A stretch of 64,000 nucleotides of DNA, from positions 1 through 64,000 of the forward strand of contig JBOEGF010000063.1 of NCBI GenBank assembly GCA_050633305.1, given 5' to 3'. Positions 19,391 through 29,093 of this stretch are shown piece by piece. Source of the DNA: Nannocystales bacterium. GTDB taxonomy: Bacteria; Myxococcota_A; Polyangia; Nannocystales; Nannocystaceae. Numbering within the stretch: the first letter of the stretch is position 1; each line of letters opens with the position of its first letter. The notes beneath the pieces were generated by a model. It searched no databases and was not told the DNA's origin. It saw only the letters and a program-made list of their open reading frames with translations. The position numbers and the translations under genes are program-made.

Positions 19391-20518
19391 GTGATGCTGA
19401 TCGCGCTGGGTGTTCTGGCGCCGCAAATCGCATCCGCATCCAACGGCGCCGGTCAACGCACGCCTCCGATCTACCCGCTTGCCGCATGCATCGCGGAGGT
19501 GGACCGAAGTGTGGACCCGGTGTTCCACCTCGACATCGGGTTACCACGCGAAGACTTCATGGTGAGCGACGACGAGCCCGAGGACTCGCGGCGCCTGCAG
19601 TTCTTCCTCGTGTGCGAGGACATCCCCGCCGAGCTTCAAGACCTTCCCAACTGGGTCACGGCGGCCGAAGCCGAGGAGGCTCTCGCCCGCGGCAGCATCG
19701 AAGCGATACCGCCCGACCAGGACATCCTCGAGCGGCGAGACGATCTACAGGGCTGCGTGTTCCCGATGAACACCTCCGCGCAACGCATCCCGATCACCTG
19801 TGAAGCGACGCAGGCCGGGCTCGATTTCGATACCAGCAACATCCCGGTGGGCAACTACGTCGTGCGCGGATACACCTATGAGCCGCCACTCAACCTCTGG
19901 AGCGAGCGACGCGGCGTGGTCCGGGTCTCGGACGATGTCGACGCCGCACCGGCGACGGTCGGTCTGCGCACACCATCCCTCGACGGCGTGCAGCTCCGGC
20001 CGGGGTCACCGTTTCCGATTCGTGGTTGTGCAGCCGGAACCTCCGACGTCGTCTTGCAGTGGGCATCGCTCATCAACCTCGGCGGCGACGACGACGCGGC
20101 CGCCTGGCAGACGCTAGCCACGGTCACCCGAGCCGGGTCCTTCGAGATCGATTTCGACCCGCCTCTGGACGCCGTCGGTCAGCCGCTACTGATCCGCGGC
20201 GTCGCCGGTCCACAAAGCAGCGTCCCATGGATCGACCATGCGGAAGGGACGTTCCTCGTGTTCGGCGACGGCGGCACCAGCGACGAGCCCTTCGGCGAGC
20301 CTGTCGAGATCTGCGGATTCTTCGACCCGGACGTCGCCCCAGAGATGCCGGCGACGACCGGCGGTGACACCGGTGGGGAACTCTCGGGCACCGAGGACAC
20401 GGACCCTGCGGGCTGCGCATGCACCTCGGCGGGGCGAGGAGCCCGCGACGGACGCCAAGCCGGGTGGCTGCTCTTCGGCCTTCTCGGAGCCCTGAAACGT
20501 CGACGACGGCGCCCTTGA
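19391..20518 (+). CDS. Secreted protein with MYXO-CTERM-like sorting tail
   Basis: Signal peptide; C-terminal GCAC...WLLFGLLGALKRRRRR; start chosen from GAGGAG RBS. Confidence 0.82.
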   Translation: MMLIALGVLAPQIASASNGAGQRTPPIYPLAACIAEVDRSVDPVFHLDIGLPREDFMVSDDEPEDSRRLQFFLVCEDIPAELQDLPNWVTAAEAEEALARGSIEAIPPDQDILERRDDLQGCVFPMNTSAQRIPITCEATQAGLDFDTSNIPVGNYVVRGYTYEPPLNLWSERRGVVRVSDDVDAAPATVGLRTPSLDGVQLRPGSPFPIRGCAAGTSDVVLQWASLINLGGDDDAAAWQTLATVTRAGSFEIDFDPPLDAVGQPLLIRGVAGPQSSVPWIDHAEGTFLVFGDGGTSDEPFGEPVEICGFFDPDVAPEMPATTGGDTGGELSGTEDTDPAGCACTSAGRGARDGRQAGWLLFGLLGALKRRRRRP

Positions 20519-20556
20519 CCAACCGGCCGGCGAGCGAGTCCAGCGGAGGCGAGCTC

Positions 20557-20713
20557 ATGAACGCCGCGCGCGTAGGGACATCGACGTCGTCCTTGTCTGG
20601 CGCCTCGATCGATGGGGCTCTCTCTTCCTGACCTGATCGGGAGCCTGCACGAACTCAGCGAACTCGGCGTGAGCTTCATTTCCCTCACCGAGGCGCTCGG
20701 CCTGACCACGCCC
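20557..20713 (+). pseudogene. Serine recombinase (resolvase) internal fragment
   Basis: DIDVVLVWRLDRWG then LPDLIGSLHELSELGVSFISLTEALGLTTP across frameshifts. Confidence 0.75.
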
Positions 20714-20947
20714 ATCGCCTCGCGCAGGTCTGACGCAGCCTTGTCCATGCCCTCCAAGGCACGACGGCCTGCCACGACGCCGAACCCCGCGCTCCGTGCC
20801 CTCCCGCGCGGCTCGTTCGACCACGCTTTAGCGCCTAAACGTGACTGGAGCCGAATCGAGATCCCCGTCTTCGAGACGCCGACCGGCCGAGCTCGGCACG
20901 CGGACAGCAGCGGCGTTCGAGGAGCCGAGTGGTCGTGGCCCTAAGGC

Positions 20948-21963
20948 TCAACCGCGACGGCGACGGCGGAGGCCGAGGATCCCCAGCAGCAGCAAGCTGA
21001 ACCCGCTGTTACGGCGATCGACGGCACAGGTGCCGCCCGATCCGCCATCTCCGCCCCCGCTGGCCCGTGCCGTCGTCGCGCCGGAGGTGCCGGAGGTGCC
21101 CGTGGCGCTTCCCCCCGTGGATCCAGTCGGGCCTGCGGTCGCCGCCGTCGTGCTGCTTCCGCTCGCCGACGCGCCGCCGGTGCTGTCGTCGCCAACACAT
21201 CCGGGGTTGCCGATAATGTTGCCTCCGCTCTCGTCGCAGCCTTCGTCGGTCCCGGGCAGGACGATGATGAGCTCCGTCATGTGGGCCTCGTAGGACCGAC
21301 CCGCGTTGTCGGTGGCAGTCACACGCACCAGGAGGGTCTCCGTCGCGAAGTCGTCCCCAGGGACGAACTCGAGGGCGAATGCCTCGTCGTCGGCAGGGAT
21401 GTTCTCCGCAAACGTGATCCAGGTCGGCTGCCAGTCCTCCCCCTGGCCGTTTCCGGGAGTGGTCGCGAACTCACCGGTCAGGGTCGTGCCAGGTGCTCCA
21501 TGCACGCAGCCCTCGATCACGGCGGCGTCGTTGGCGTACACGATCAGTTCGCGACTGTTCACCGCGACGCCCGGGCCGACGGCCTCCGGGTCACCGTCGT
21601 CGTCTCTGCGATCAGGTTCTTGTCGAGCGCGACCTGGACATCTGCGGGTGTGATCCAAAGATGGGGGTACTCCGTCTGCGGGTTTCCCTGTCGAGACAGC
21701 GCCACGAACTGATGTCGGCGGGAGTCGATGACCTCGTCCTCGAGCAGCTCCTCCCCTGGGCTCGGATCCTCGTCGGGGATGTCATACGAGAACTGGTAGA
21801 CCGGGTCGGCGGATCGGTCGACGAACTCGACGCATGCGACGGGCGAATTCTCCCACGTAACGGGCAGGCGGGGCTTGATGCCGTTCTCGGCGGACGCATC
21901 GCTCGGCAGCAATGCGGGCGCGACGACCGCGGCGGTGAGCACGAGGGGGCGCGTCCATGCCAT
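20948..21963 (-). pseudogene. MYXO-CTERM-like protein paralogous to 19391..20518, with internal deletion and frameshift near 21600
   Basis: ACVEFVDRSADPV/DSRRHQF vs ACIAEVDRSVDPV/DSRRLQF; tail CAVDRRNSGFSLLLLGILGLRRRRRG in another frame. Confidence 0.75.
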
Positions 21964-22566
21964 ACCGACAAGTGTGGGCTGGGTCGCCAAGGGACACAAG
22001 GCCCTCTGGGTACCCGCGGAGGCCCGGTGCATTACGCCCTGGCAGCTTGGGGCTAGCCCGCGGATCCGCCGCCTGGGAGGCCGTGAACTTCGCCAGGGCC
22101 TCAGCTCCGAGCTTTGGGACGCCCGTGACGTGGTTCGGGCGCCGCCGATCGAGGCCTTGATGTCGACGTCGAGTTTGACGACGAGGTCGAGTTCTCCTGT
22201 TCCTTGAACCGGCGTGAAACGTCTGTCGTGACGGGGCCAGTTTGGTCCAACGGCCCAACAAGTTCTTGATGAAGCCGGAGCCGCCGACATCGCGGCCGGC
22301 TTCGCCTGGACCCGGTTTGGGGCGAGGAGATGGACATTGCCGCCGTCCACGATCTGCCATGTGAAACGCGTGACCGGCGGGTCGCACCAACTCGAACGAC
22401 GCAGGGACTTCGCAAGATGCAAGTCTCTTCACGCGGAATCCCGAAGATGTCGCGTGCGATCCGGCAGAGTGACCCGAGGGCGATAGGATCCACCTCTCGA
22501 TGCGAACGCACCTCAGCCGCATGGGATGGAGTCAACTCCGCTCGGGAACGATGCCGCGGTCCTAAG

Positions 22567-23370
22567 TCAGCGGAGGCGCAAAATCCTGGCCGCTCCCGTC
22601 AGGACGAGGACCGCCACAAGTGTCCCGATCACGAGGTCGGGTATCGCCGAGCCGGTCAGGGCGACCAAGATGCCGGCGCCGATCACACCGAGGTTTGCCA
22701 GCGCGTCATTCGTGGAAAAGATCCAACTCGCGCGGAGGTGAACTCCGCCCTTGCGATGACTGGCGAGTAGCGCGACGCAGGTCAGGTTCGCAGCCAGCGC
22801 CACGACAGCGACACCGATCATCAGAGTCTCGACGGGTTCGCTCCCAACCACCGCACGTCGAGCCACCTCCGCGAAGGCACCGGCCGCCAGGAGCGCCTGC
22901 AACCAGCCGCTGAGTCGAGCCGCGCGTTTCTGGTCAGCGAGTGCTCGTCCCACGGCGACGAGAGAGAGTCCGTAGACCATCGCATCCGCGAGCATGTCCA
23001 GCGAGTCCGAGATCAGGCCCGTTGATTGTGCGAGGAAACCAAGACCCAACTCGGCCACAAACATCACGCCGTTGATGGCGAGCAGGATCTTGAGGACGCG
23101 GCGCTCGGCAGCCGGGTCGGCCGGAGCCTCAGCCTCGCGGCTCGCCGCCTTCGTGGCTTCGATGCTCGCCCCCAGCCCAAGCGGTGTCAGCAGGTCGAGA
23201 ATCGCCGCCGGATCGCCACAATGGGTGACGGCGACTCGTCGGGCGTCGAGGTCGAATCGGAGGCCGCTCACGTCGTCCAACGGCTCGACCGCCATTCGGA
23301 TCAGGCGCTCCTCCGATGGGCAATCCATCTTCGGAACCAGGAACGTGGTCTCTTTCATCGCCTTCGCCAC
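22567..23370 (-). CDS. Cation diffusion facilitator-like transporter with N-terminal HMA-like domain
   Basis: KMDCPSEE, DSLDMLADA, FSTNDALANLG, PDLVIG. Confidence 0.9.
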   Translation of the reverse strand: MAKAMKETTFLVPKMDCPSEERLIRMAVEPLDDVSGLRFDLDARRVAVTHCGDPAAILDLLTPLGLGASIEATKAASREAEAPADPAAERRVLKILLAINGVMFVAELGLGFLAQSTGLISDSLDMLADAMVYGLSLVAVGRALADQKRAARLSGWLQALLAAGAFAEVARRAVVGSEPVETLMIGVAVVALAANLTCVALLASHRKGGVHLRASWIFSTNDALANLGVIGAGILVALTGSAIPDLVIGTLVAVLVLTGAARILRLR

Positions 23371-23621
23371 ATCCCCTTCTCTGCCATGCTCGCAAGGGTA
23401 CGCCGTTCGTCGGAAGCTGTGTTCGCCCGGCGTGTCGATACCCGTTCGAAAGACCTACCGAGGCACCAGCGAGAGCGGTTCAGCACAGCGTACGACCGGT
23501 CCCTCGCGTCCGCGCCGAGCAACACCTACGCCGCGGTGGAGAGAACGGCGCAACCGCGCAACGAACCCGGCCGAGAGACTCGGCACGCCCACGGACGAAC
23601 GAGGGCCAGACCGACCTTAGG

Positions 23622-24011
23622 CTACTCGATGCGACGCGCCGTCACCCGAAAGGCCGGCGCAGGACCGCGGTCAACGCCTTCGATGGCCGCTGCCAGAGAA
23701 TCGACATTCGTCCTGCTCGGATCGAACAACACGGTCGCCGTTCCCGACTGAAAGTCCGCCGCGGCCGAGACGACGCCTGCGACCCTCTCAAGCGTCTGGC
23801 TGGCGACCTCAGCCCATCCCCGGCACACCACGCCCTCGATGCTCAGTATGGCCCGACGCTCCTCCGGCGACGTCGGCTCGTCGCTCGCGAGCGCCCCCTT
23901 GGCTTGCTCGGGCTGCGTGGCCTCCCCGGGAGCCGGGGTCACGGCACGGGAAGAGCTGTTGCAGCCGAGCGCGCCCCCGAGGAGCAAGGCAACCACGAGC
24001 GTTCGAATCAT
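23622..24011 (-). CDS. HMA-domain lipoprotein (MerP/CopZ-like) with CxxW instead of CxxC
   Basis: GALGC lipobox; LSIEGVVCRGW...GVVSAAADF...ATVLFDP; ATG overlaps upstream TGA. Confidence 0.8.
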   Translation of the reverse strand: MIRTLVVALLLGGALGCNSSSRAVTPAPGEATQPEQAKGALASDEPTSPEERRAILSIEGVVCRGWAEVASQTLERVAGVVSAAADFQSGTATVLFDPSRTNVDSLAAAIEGVDRGPAPAFRVTARRIE

Positions 24012-24274
24012 GCGGCGCTCCCCACCCCCGCCGTACGAAGGCCCGCCTCGGTTGGGCACGACGACCCAACACAGCAATCCGCCAGCTTGCCGTTGACGAC
24101 GACCGCGGGCACACGGGTGATACCGAGGTCCTTGGCGCGCTTGGAGACGGTTGGGTCCTTCATGTCGAGGACACTCACGTCGCACGAGGGACACGCGATG
24201 TTGTTGACCAGCTGGATAGTGCCCTTGCACGCGGGGCAACCAGCGCTGAATATTTCTACGGTTCTCTTACTCAT
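24008..24274 (-). CDS. Small Cys-rich thioredoxin/glutaredoxin-fold protein
   Basis: EIFSAGCPAC, CPSC, VPAVVVNG, DCC. Confidence 0.88.
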   Translation of the reverse strand: MSKRTVEIFSAGCPACKGTIQLVNNIACPSCDVSVLDMKDPTVSKRAKDLGITRVPAVVVNGKLADCCVGSSCPTEAGLRTAGVGSAA

Positions 24275-24305
24275 GGCGTTTCGTTTCTCCTTGGTTTGGG
24301 ATGTT

Positions 24306-25043
24306 CTATTCGGGGACGACAGGACGGCATGTTGAACAGCTCGGAGCGGTCAATCTGCGTGGCCACGCGTTCCAGATGCATGCGACGATGAGCGCGGCGA
24401 TGCCGAAATAAACGGTGACGGTCGAATCCAGGGCGAACTTGCCAACGAGAACGGCGACCGCCGATGAGGCGCCGAGACACAGTGGGCCGTACCCGCGTCG
24501 GGATCGAGCACCCAAAGCAAGGGCAGCGAGCGCGGTCAGGAGGAAGACGGCGCTGATGGGCAGAAGCCAGCGGGCTTCCATCAGGACCGTGAGCCCGGCC
24601 GCGCCGAGAACTCCGGCGTACGCCGGCCAACACAAGGGGCACACCACCTTGGGCACGAGTGCGATGCCGATCCCAGGCAGCACAGCGGCGGTCGACCTCC
24701 ATCGACTGCGGGACGGCGTTGGGGGCCGCTCCTCAGAGCCGACGCCTCCTTGGCCCGCGCGACCGAGTGCCTCGGCGATGACTTCGACGCTGGGTGCCCC
24801 GCCGCTGGGGTAGACGCGGCAACAGTCCTCACCGCCTGCGGTCAGCCCACCAACGTCTACGCCGTCGACGAGGATGGTGGGAGAGCCGAATCCGCGGACC
24901 CGCTGCGGGGACGCTGCGGAGCCGATTTGGTGCTCTTTCCAACGAGTCGAGATGCCTACCTGCGAGAAGGCCAGTACCAGGTTTCCCCGGGTCGCCTCTA
25001 CGTTGGGACAGTCCTTGTCGTACACGAAATCAACCGTTGGCAC
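24306..25043 (-). CDS. Thioredoxin-like domain fused to MerC-like mercury transporter
   Basis: DCPN, GSPTILVDG, CCRVY, then PKVVCPLCWPAYA and four hydrophobic segments. Confidence 0.8.
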   Translation of the reverse strand: MPTVDFVYDKDCPNVEATRGNLVLAFSQVGISTRWKEHQIGSAASPQRVRGFGSPTILVDGVDVGGLTAGGEDCCRVYPSGGAPSVEVIAEALGRAGQGGVGSEERPPTPSRSRWRSTAAVLPGIGIALVPKVVCPLCWPAYAGVLGAAGLTVLMEARWLLPISAVFLLTALAALALGARSRRGYGPLCLGASSAVAVLVGKFALDSTVTVYFGIAALIVACIWNAWPRRLTAPSCSTCRPVVPE

Positions 25044-25464
25044 GGTCGCGCCCCTTTTCGATCGCGTCGAGGATGGGACACTCGCTCGTCGGCCCCTTGC
25101 CCCGACAGGCCTTGGCCAGCCTTTCCAGCGCGCCCTTGATGCGCGTCAGGTCGGCCATCTTCTCTTCGACGTCCACGAGCTTGGCCTTGGCCAGCGCGCG
25201 CACGTCGGCGCAGCTCTTGTCCGGATCAACCCGGAGCTCGAGCAGCTCGCTGACGCCCTTGAGCGTGAAGCCGAGGTCCTTCGCGCGCCGGATGAACATG
25301 ACACGAGCAACGGCATCAGGCGGGTACTGGCGGTACCCCGACGACCGCTTCCGCGGTGGTTTCGGCAAGAGACCCTCGCGCTCGTAGAAGCGGATCGTCT
25401 CCACGCCCACGCCCGCGGCACTCGCCAGCCTGCCGATGGTCAGGGCTGTCTCTCCAGAAGCCAT
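25030..25464 (-). CDS. merR: MerR-family regulator, Hg(II)-type three-Cys pattern
   Basis: LTIGRLA...VETIRFYER, SCADV, ACRGKGPTSECPIL. Confidence 0.88.
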   Translation of the reverse strand: MASGETALTIGRLASAAGVGVETIRFYEREGLLPKPPRKRSSGYRQYPPDAVARVMFIRRAKDLGFTLKGVSELLELRVDPDKSCADVRALAKAKLVDVEEKMADLTRIKGALERLAKACRGKGPTSECPILDAIEKGRDRANG

Positions 25465-25470
25465 GCTCTG

Positions 25471-25502
25471 AAGATAAGCCCCGTACAACGGTACAGGGTC
25501 AA
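25471..25502 (-). promoter_or_regulatory. MerR-type promoter/operator
   Basis: TTGACC - CTGTACcgttGTACGG dyad - TATCTT with elongated 19-20 bp spacer. Confidence 0.88.
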
Positions 25503-25583
25503 GGCCTAAACTTGCAGGACCTTCGAGACGTCGCCACGGCACCGTCACCCCCTGCCGAGCACGCACCGATGAGCACCCGAACC

Positions 25584-26249
25584 TCACCCTTGGCCGGACA
25601 ACTCCACGAGGCCGTTCGTGCCACATCCCGGCCGGCCGACGATGGTTCTGTAGATGCCGGCGGAAACTCGAACATCGAGGATCCGGATGCCGGCGGACCT
25701 AACGTTCGCCACGGTGCGGCGGTTCACATGAATCCCCAACACTCGAAATAGGACCGGGTCGAAGGCGTCCGCAAGCCAGCCAGCGAGCCTGCCTTCCGGA
25801 CGGACATGCTCTAGCAGTAGGATCTGTCCGTCCGGACGGCAAACTCGAGCAAGCTCTCGGAGGCCCCCCACCGGGTCTGTGATATCGCAGAAAACGAACG
25901 TTGAGATCACACGGTCAAATGTACCGTCCTCGAACGGGAGAACGTGCACGTTGGCTTCGAGGAACGAGACCTCGAGACCGAGTTGCTCTGCCCGGTGCCT
26001 GGCCTGCTCGACCATCCTCGGACTGAGGTCGACGGCGGTCGCGTGGAGCCGCGGCGAATAGTAGGGCAAGTTGAGCCCGGTCCCAACCCCGACCTCCAGC
26101 AGTTGCACATCGTCGGGAACGAAGCCAAACAGGCGCTGCCGCAAGCGCCGATGAACGAGGAGTTCGAGTGGGAGCGTCGTGAGATCGTAGAACCGCGCGA
26201 CGCGGTCGTACACGTCGCTCCCGGCACCACTTGGCCGCGCCCGACTCAT
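25584..26249 (-). CDS. Class I SAM-dependent methyltransferase
   Basis: LLEVGVGTG, LPFEDGTFD, LLEHV. Confidence 0.9.
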   Translation of the reverse strand: MSRARPSGAGSDVYDRVARFYDLTTLPLELLVHRRLRQRLFGFVPDDVQLLEVGVGTGLNLPYYSPRLHATAVDLSPRMVEQARHRAEQLGLEVSFLEANVHVLPFEDGTFDRVISTFVFCDITDPVGGLRELARVCRPDGQILLLEHVRPEGRLAGWLADAFDPVLFRVLGIHVNRRTVANVRSAGIRILDVRVSAGIYRTIVGRPGCGTNGLVELSGQG

Positions 26250-26319
26250 CGCCCAGCCCGCTTCGGCGGGAGCCCCGAATAGTACGCGGGAACGACGAAT
26301 ACGCACGATTCAGCCCCCG

Positions 26320-26742
26320 TCATGGTTCCAGCCCCTCGACGACACGGCGGATCTTCGCATCGACTTCTGCGACGATCGTTTTGAGTTCTGCGTTCTCGAC
26401 GATGCGGAACATCTCCCGAGGATTCACGACGGAAATGGTCGAGCCGCCATCGTTCTCGGCCACGACAACGTTGCAGGGCAGCAACAGGCCAACGAGCGGT
26501 TCAGCGGACAGGGCTTGATGCGCGAGTGCCGGGTTGCAGGCGCCGAGGATGGTGTACCTACGGAAATCAACGTCGAGCTTGTTCTTGAGCGTTGCCTTCA
26601 CGTCGATCTCAGTCAGAACGCCGAAGCCCTCGGCCTTGAGTCCTTCCGTCACCAGCTGGACTGCCCGGTCGAAGCTCGTCGAAACCAGGTGTTTGGTGAG
26701 GCCGTAGCTCGGATTATCAATGGTTGGTGTGTTCATTTGCAT
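26320..26742 (-). CDS. DUF302-domain protein
   Basis: GFGVLTEID, ILGACNP, GLLLPCNVVV; AAGGAG RBS. Confidence 0.9.
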   Translation of the reverse strand: MQMNTPTIDNPSYGLTKHLVSTSFDRAVQLVTEGLKAEGFGVLTEIDVKATLKNKLDVDFRRYTILGACNPALAHQALSAEPLVGLLLPCNVVVAENDGGSTISVVNPREMFRIVENAELKTIVAEVDAKIRRVVEGLEP

Positions 26743-26963
26743 TGTCTCCTTCTGTGATGGCGCTGCTCCCCGACAGCGCGGCAGTTTCACCGACGAGATC
26801 CGCCGATTGGGGGAGAAAAATCGCGAGCCTCCGAGAAGGCAGCGCGCGAGTCTGGCCCGATTGAAGCCCCCGATGACTCGTCGGTCACCGCGGGGCCAGT
26901 TCGTCCGCACGATGACGCCTCCGACAGCAGCGATGATCGTGATGTTCATGGTCTTGCTGAGAA

Positions 26964-29093
26964 TCAGGATCTGAGCATCCGGAGGCCGTTCCCGATGACG
27001 AGGAACTCGCTCACTTCATGGGCGACAACCGCGATCGGGAGGGTGAGAACACCCAAGACCGCACCCACGACCAATGTCGCGATGACGATCACGGACAGAA
27101 CGAGGTTCTGTCGTACGACCCGGTCACTCCTGCGAGCCAACCGGAGGGCGTAGACGAGCTTGTTCAGGTTGTCGGCCATCAGCGCCACGTCCGCAGTTTC
27201 GAGAGCGACGTCCGTGCCCGCGGTGCCCATGGCGATACCGACCTGCGCCGTGGCGAGCGCAGGCGCATCGTTGACGCCATCGCCAACCATGGCTACATGT
27301 CCGTGGGTGCGGGCGAGGTCCTCGACAAGCCGAACCTTGTCCTCCGGCTTGAGATGACCGTGGACTTGGTCGACTCCCGCGGCAGCCCCAATCGCCTGCG
27401 CAGTCGTGTCGTTGTCGCCGCTGAGCATGACGATGTGTTCGATCCCGGCTCTTCTCAACTCCGCGATGGCACCTCGCGCCTCCGGACGCAGGTTGTCACG
27501 GAGCGCAACAAGTCCCCGAGGGCACCCACGCGTGCCGGTCAAGATGACCGTCTTGCCTTCGGCCTGAAGGCTCTCGATCTGTGCGTCAAACTCGGCTAGG
27601 TCCGCCTGGAGTTCCTCCCGAAAATAGCTCGGGCTCCCGACGAAAACGGTCTCGTCTCCCACGCGCGCCGAGGCGCCGGCGCCCACGACCGCCTGAAAGT
27701 CGCGAGCGTCGCGTGGCTCGATGCCGCGCCCGGCTGCAGCGCGAACGATCGCACGCGCGAGTGGGTGCTCGCTCCAGTGTTCGATGCCGGCAGCGACGGC
27801 GAGGACATCTTCTTCCGTCCGCAGCGCCCCGCGCTCGCTCGACAGTGGCACAACGTCCGTCACCTCGGGTTCGCCTCTGGTGAGCGTCCCGGTCTTGTCG
27901 AATGCCACGACCCGTATGTTGGCGAGCTGCTCTACGTGGATGCCGCCCTTGATGAGCACGCCGTTGCGCGCCCCCGTGCCGAGCGTGGCGACGAGCGTGA
28001 TTGGGATCGATATGACCAAGGCGCATGGCGCAGCGGCGACGATGAAGACAGTCGCTCGGGTGATCCACTCCACCCACGCGACCCCGAACAGGGCCGGAGG
28101 GACAATGGCAACGAGAACACCGACGGCCAATACGACGGGGCTGTAGCGGCGGCCAAACCGCTCGATGAACCTCTGGCTTCGACCCTTGCGCTCTTGCGCC
28201 TCCTCAACCATCCGGATGATGCGCGACAGCGTATTTGCGGCGAAGGGCTTGGTGGCCCGCACCTCGAGAGCGCCGCCTCCGTTGATCGTGCCGGCGAGGA
28301 CGTCCTCTCCTGGACCCCGATCGACCGGGACGCTCTCCCCTGTGACAGGCGCTTCGTTCACCGCGGAGCTCCCCGACACGATTTCTCCATCCGTGGCGAC
28401 CGATCCCCCGGGGCGCACGATGAAGAGGTCGCCGACCAGCATCGACTCGACAGGGATCTCCCGCTCGACGCCATCTCTTCTTACGACCACGCGCTTGGGC
28501 GTCAGGTCCATCAGCGCCCTGATCGCCGACCGCGTCTTGTCGGCCGTGTACCCCTCTGCCGCCTCGGAGATAGAGTACAAGAACACCAGCATCGCCCCTT
28601 CGCCAGGTGCCCCCATCACGGCGGCAACGATCGCAGCGACAGCCATCAACAGCTCGATGCCGACGCGTCGTTCGAAGAGGAGTTCCTCCGCTGCCTCCCG
28701 GCCGAAGAAGTACCCGCCGACAGCGATGGACACGGCGTAGGCGGCAATCGAGACCATCGCCGCGACGCCACCGAGCGCGAGCACCCAACCCAGGAGCAAC
28801 AGCACGCCAGAAAGCAGGGAGGTCACGACCTTTGCGTTCCGCCACGGAGGGGGAGGCCGGGCCGGCCCTCGGCTCGCCCGCGGCGGGAAACCGGCGTCTG
28901 CGAGCCGACCGCGAATCGCCGCGGCGGTTGTGAGCGCCCCGTCGAACGCCACCGCAACCGCACCAGAAGCCGCGCGCACGTCGACGGTGCCGACGCCGCT
29001 TTCGCCGGCCAGAGTCCGACGCAGCTTGGCCGCATCATGCTCGCAGTCGAGGTTCGCGACGGTCAAATCCAGGTGCTGTCGATCGATGTTCAC
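26964..29093 (-). CDS. Heavy-metal P1B-type ATPase (Cd/Zn/Co-like)
   Basis: TGES, APCALVISIP, DKTGT, SEHP, GDGVNDAP. Confidence 0.95.
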   Translation of the reverse strand: MNIDRQHLDLTVANLDCEHDAAKLRRTLAGESGVGTVDVRAASGAVAVAFDGALTTAAAIRGRLADAGFPPRASRGPARPPPPWRNAKVVTSLLSGVLLLLGWVLALGGVAAMVSIAAYAVSIAVGGYFFGREAAEELLFERRVGIELLMAVAAIVAAVMGAPGEGAMLVFLYSISEAAEGYTADKTRSAIRALMDLTPKRVVVRRDGVEREIPVESMLVGDLFIVRPGGSVATDGEIVSGSSAVNEAPVTGESVPVDRGPGEDVLAGTINGGGALEVRATKPFAANTLSRIIRMVEEAQERKGRSQRFIERFGRRYSPVVLAVGVLVAIVPPALFGVAWVEWITRATVFIVAAAPCALVISIPITLVATLGTGARNGVLIKGGIHVEQLANIRVVAFDKTGTLTRGEPEVTDVVPLSSERGALRTEEDVLAVAAGIEHWSEHPLARAIVRAAAGRGIEPRDARDFQAVVGAGASARVGDETVFVGSPSYFREELQADLAEFDAQIESLQAEGKTVILTGTRGCPRGLVALRDNLRPEARGAIAELRRAGIEHIVMLSGDNDTTAQAIGAAAGVDQVHGHLKPEDKVRLVEDLARTHGHVAMVGDGVNDAPALATAQVGIAMGTAGTDVALETADVALMADNLNKLVYALRLARRSDRVVRQNLVLSVIVIATLVVGAVLGVLTLPIAVVAHEVSEFLVIGNGLRMLRS

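Noticed and set aside
21970..22520. ORFs between the MYXO-CTERM pseudogene and the transporter
   Set aside because: No coherent motif or start; cannot be supported.
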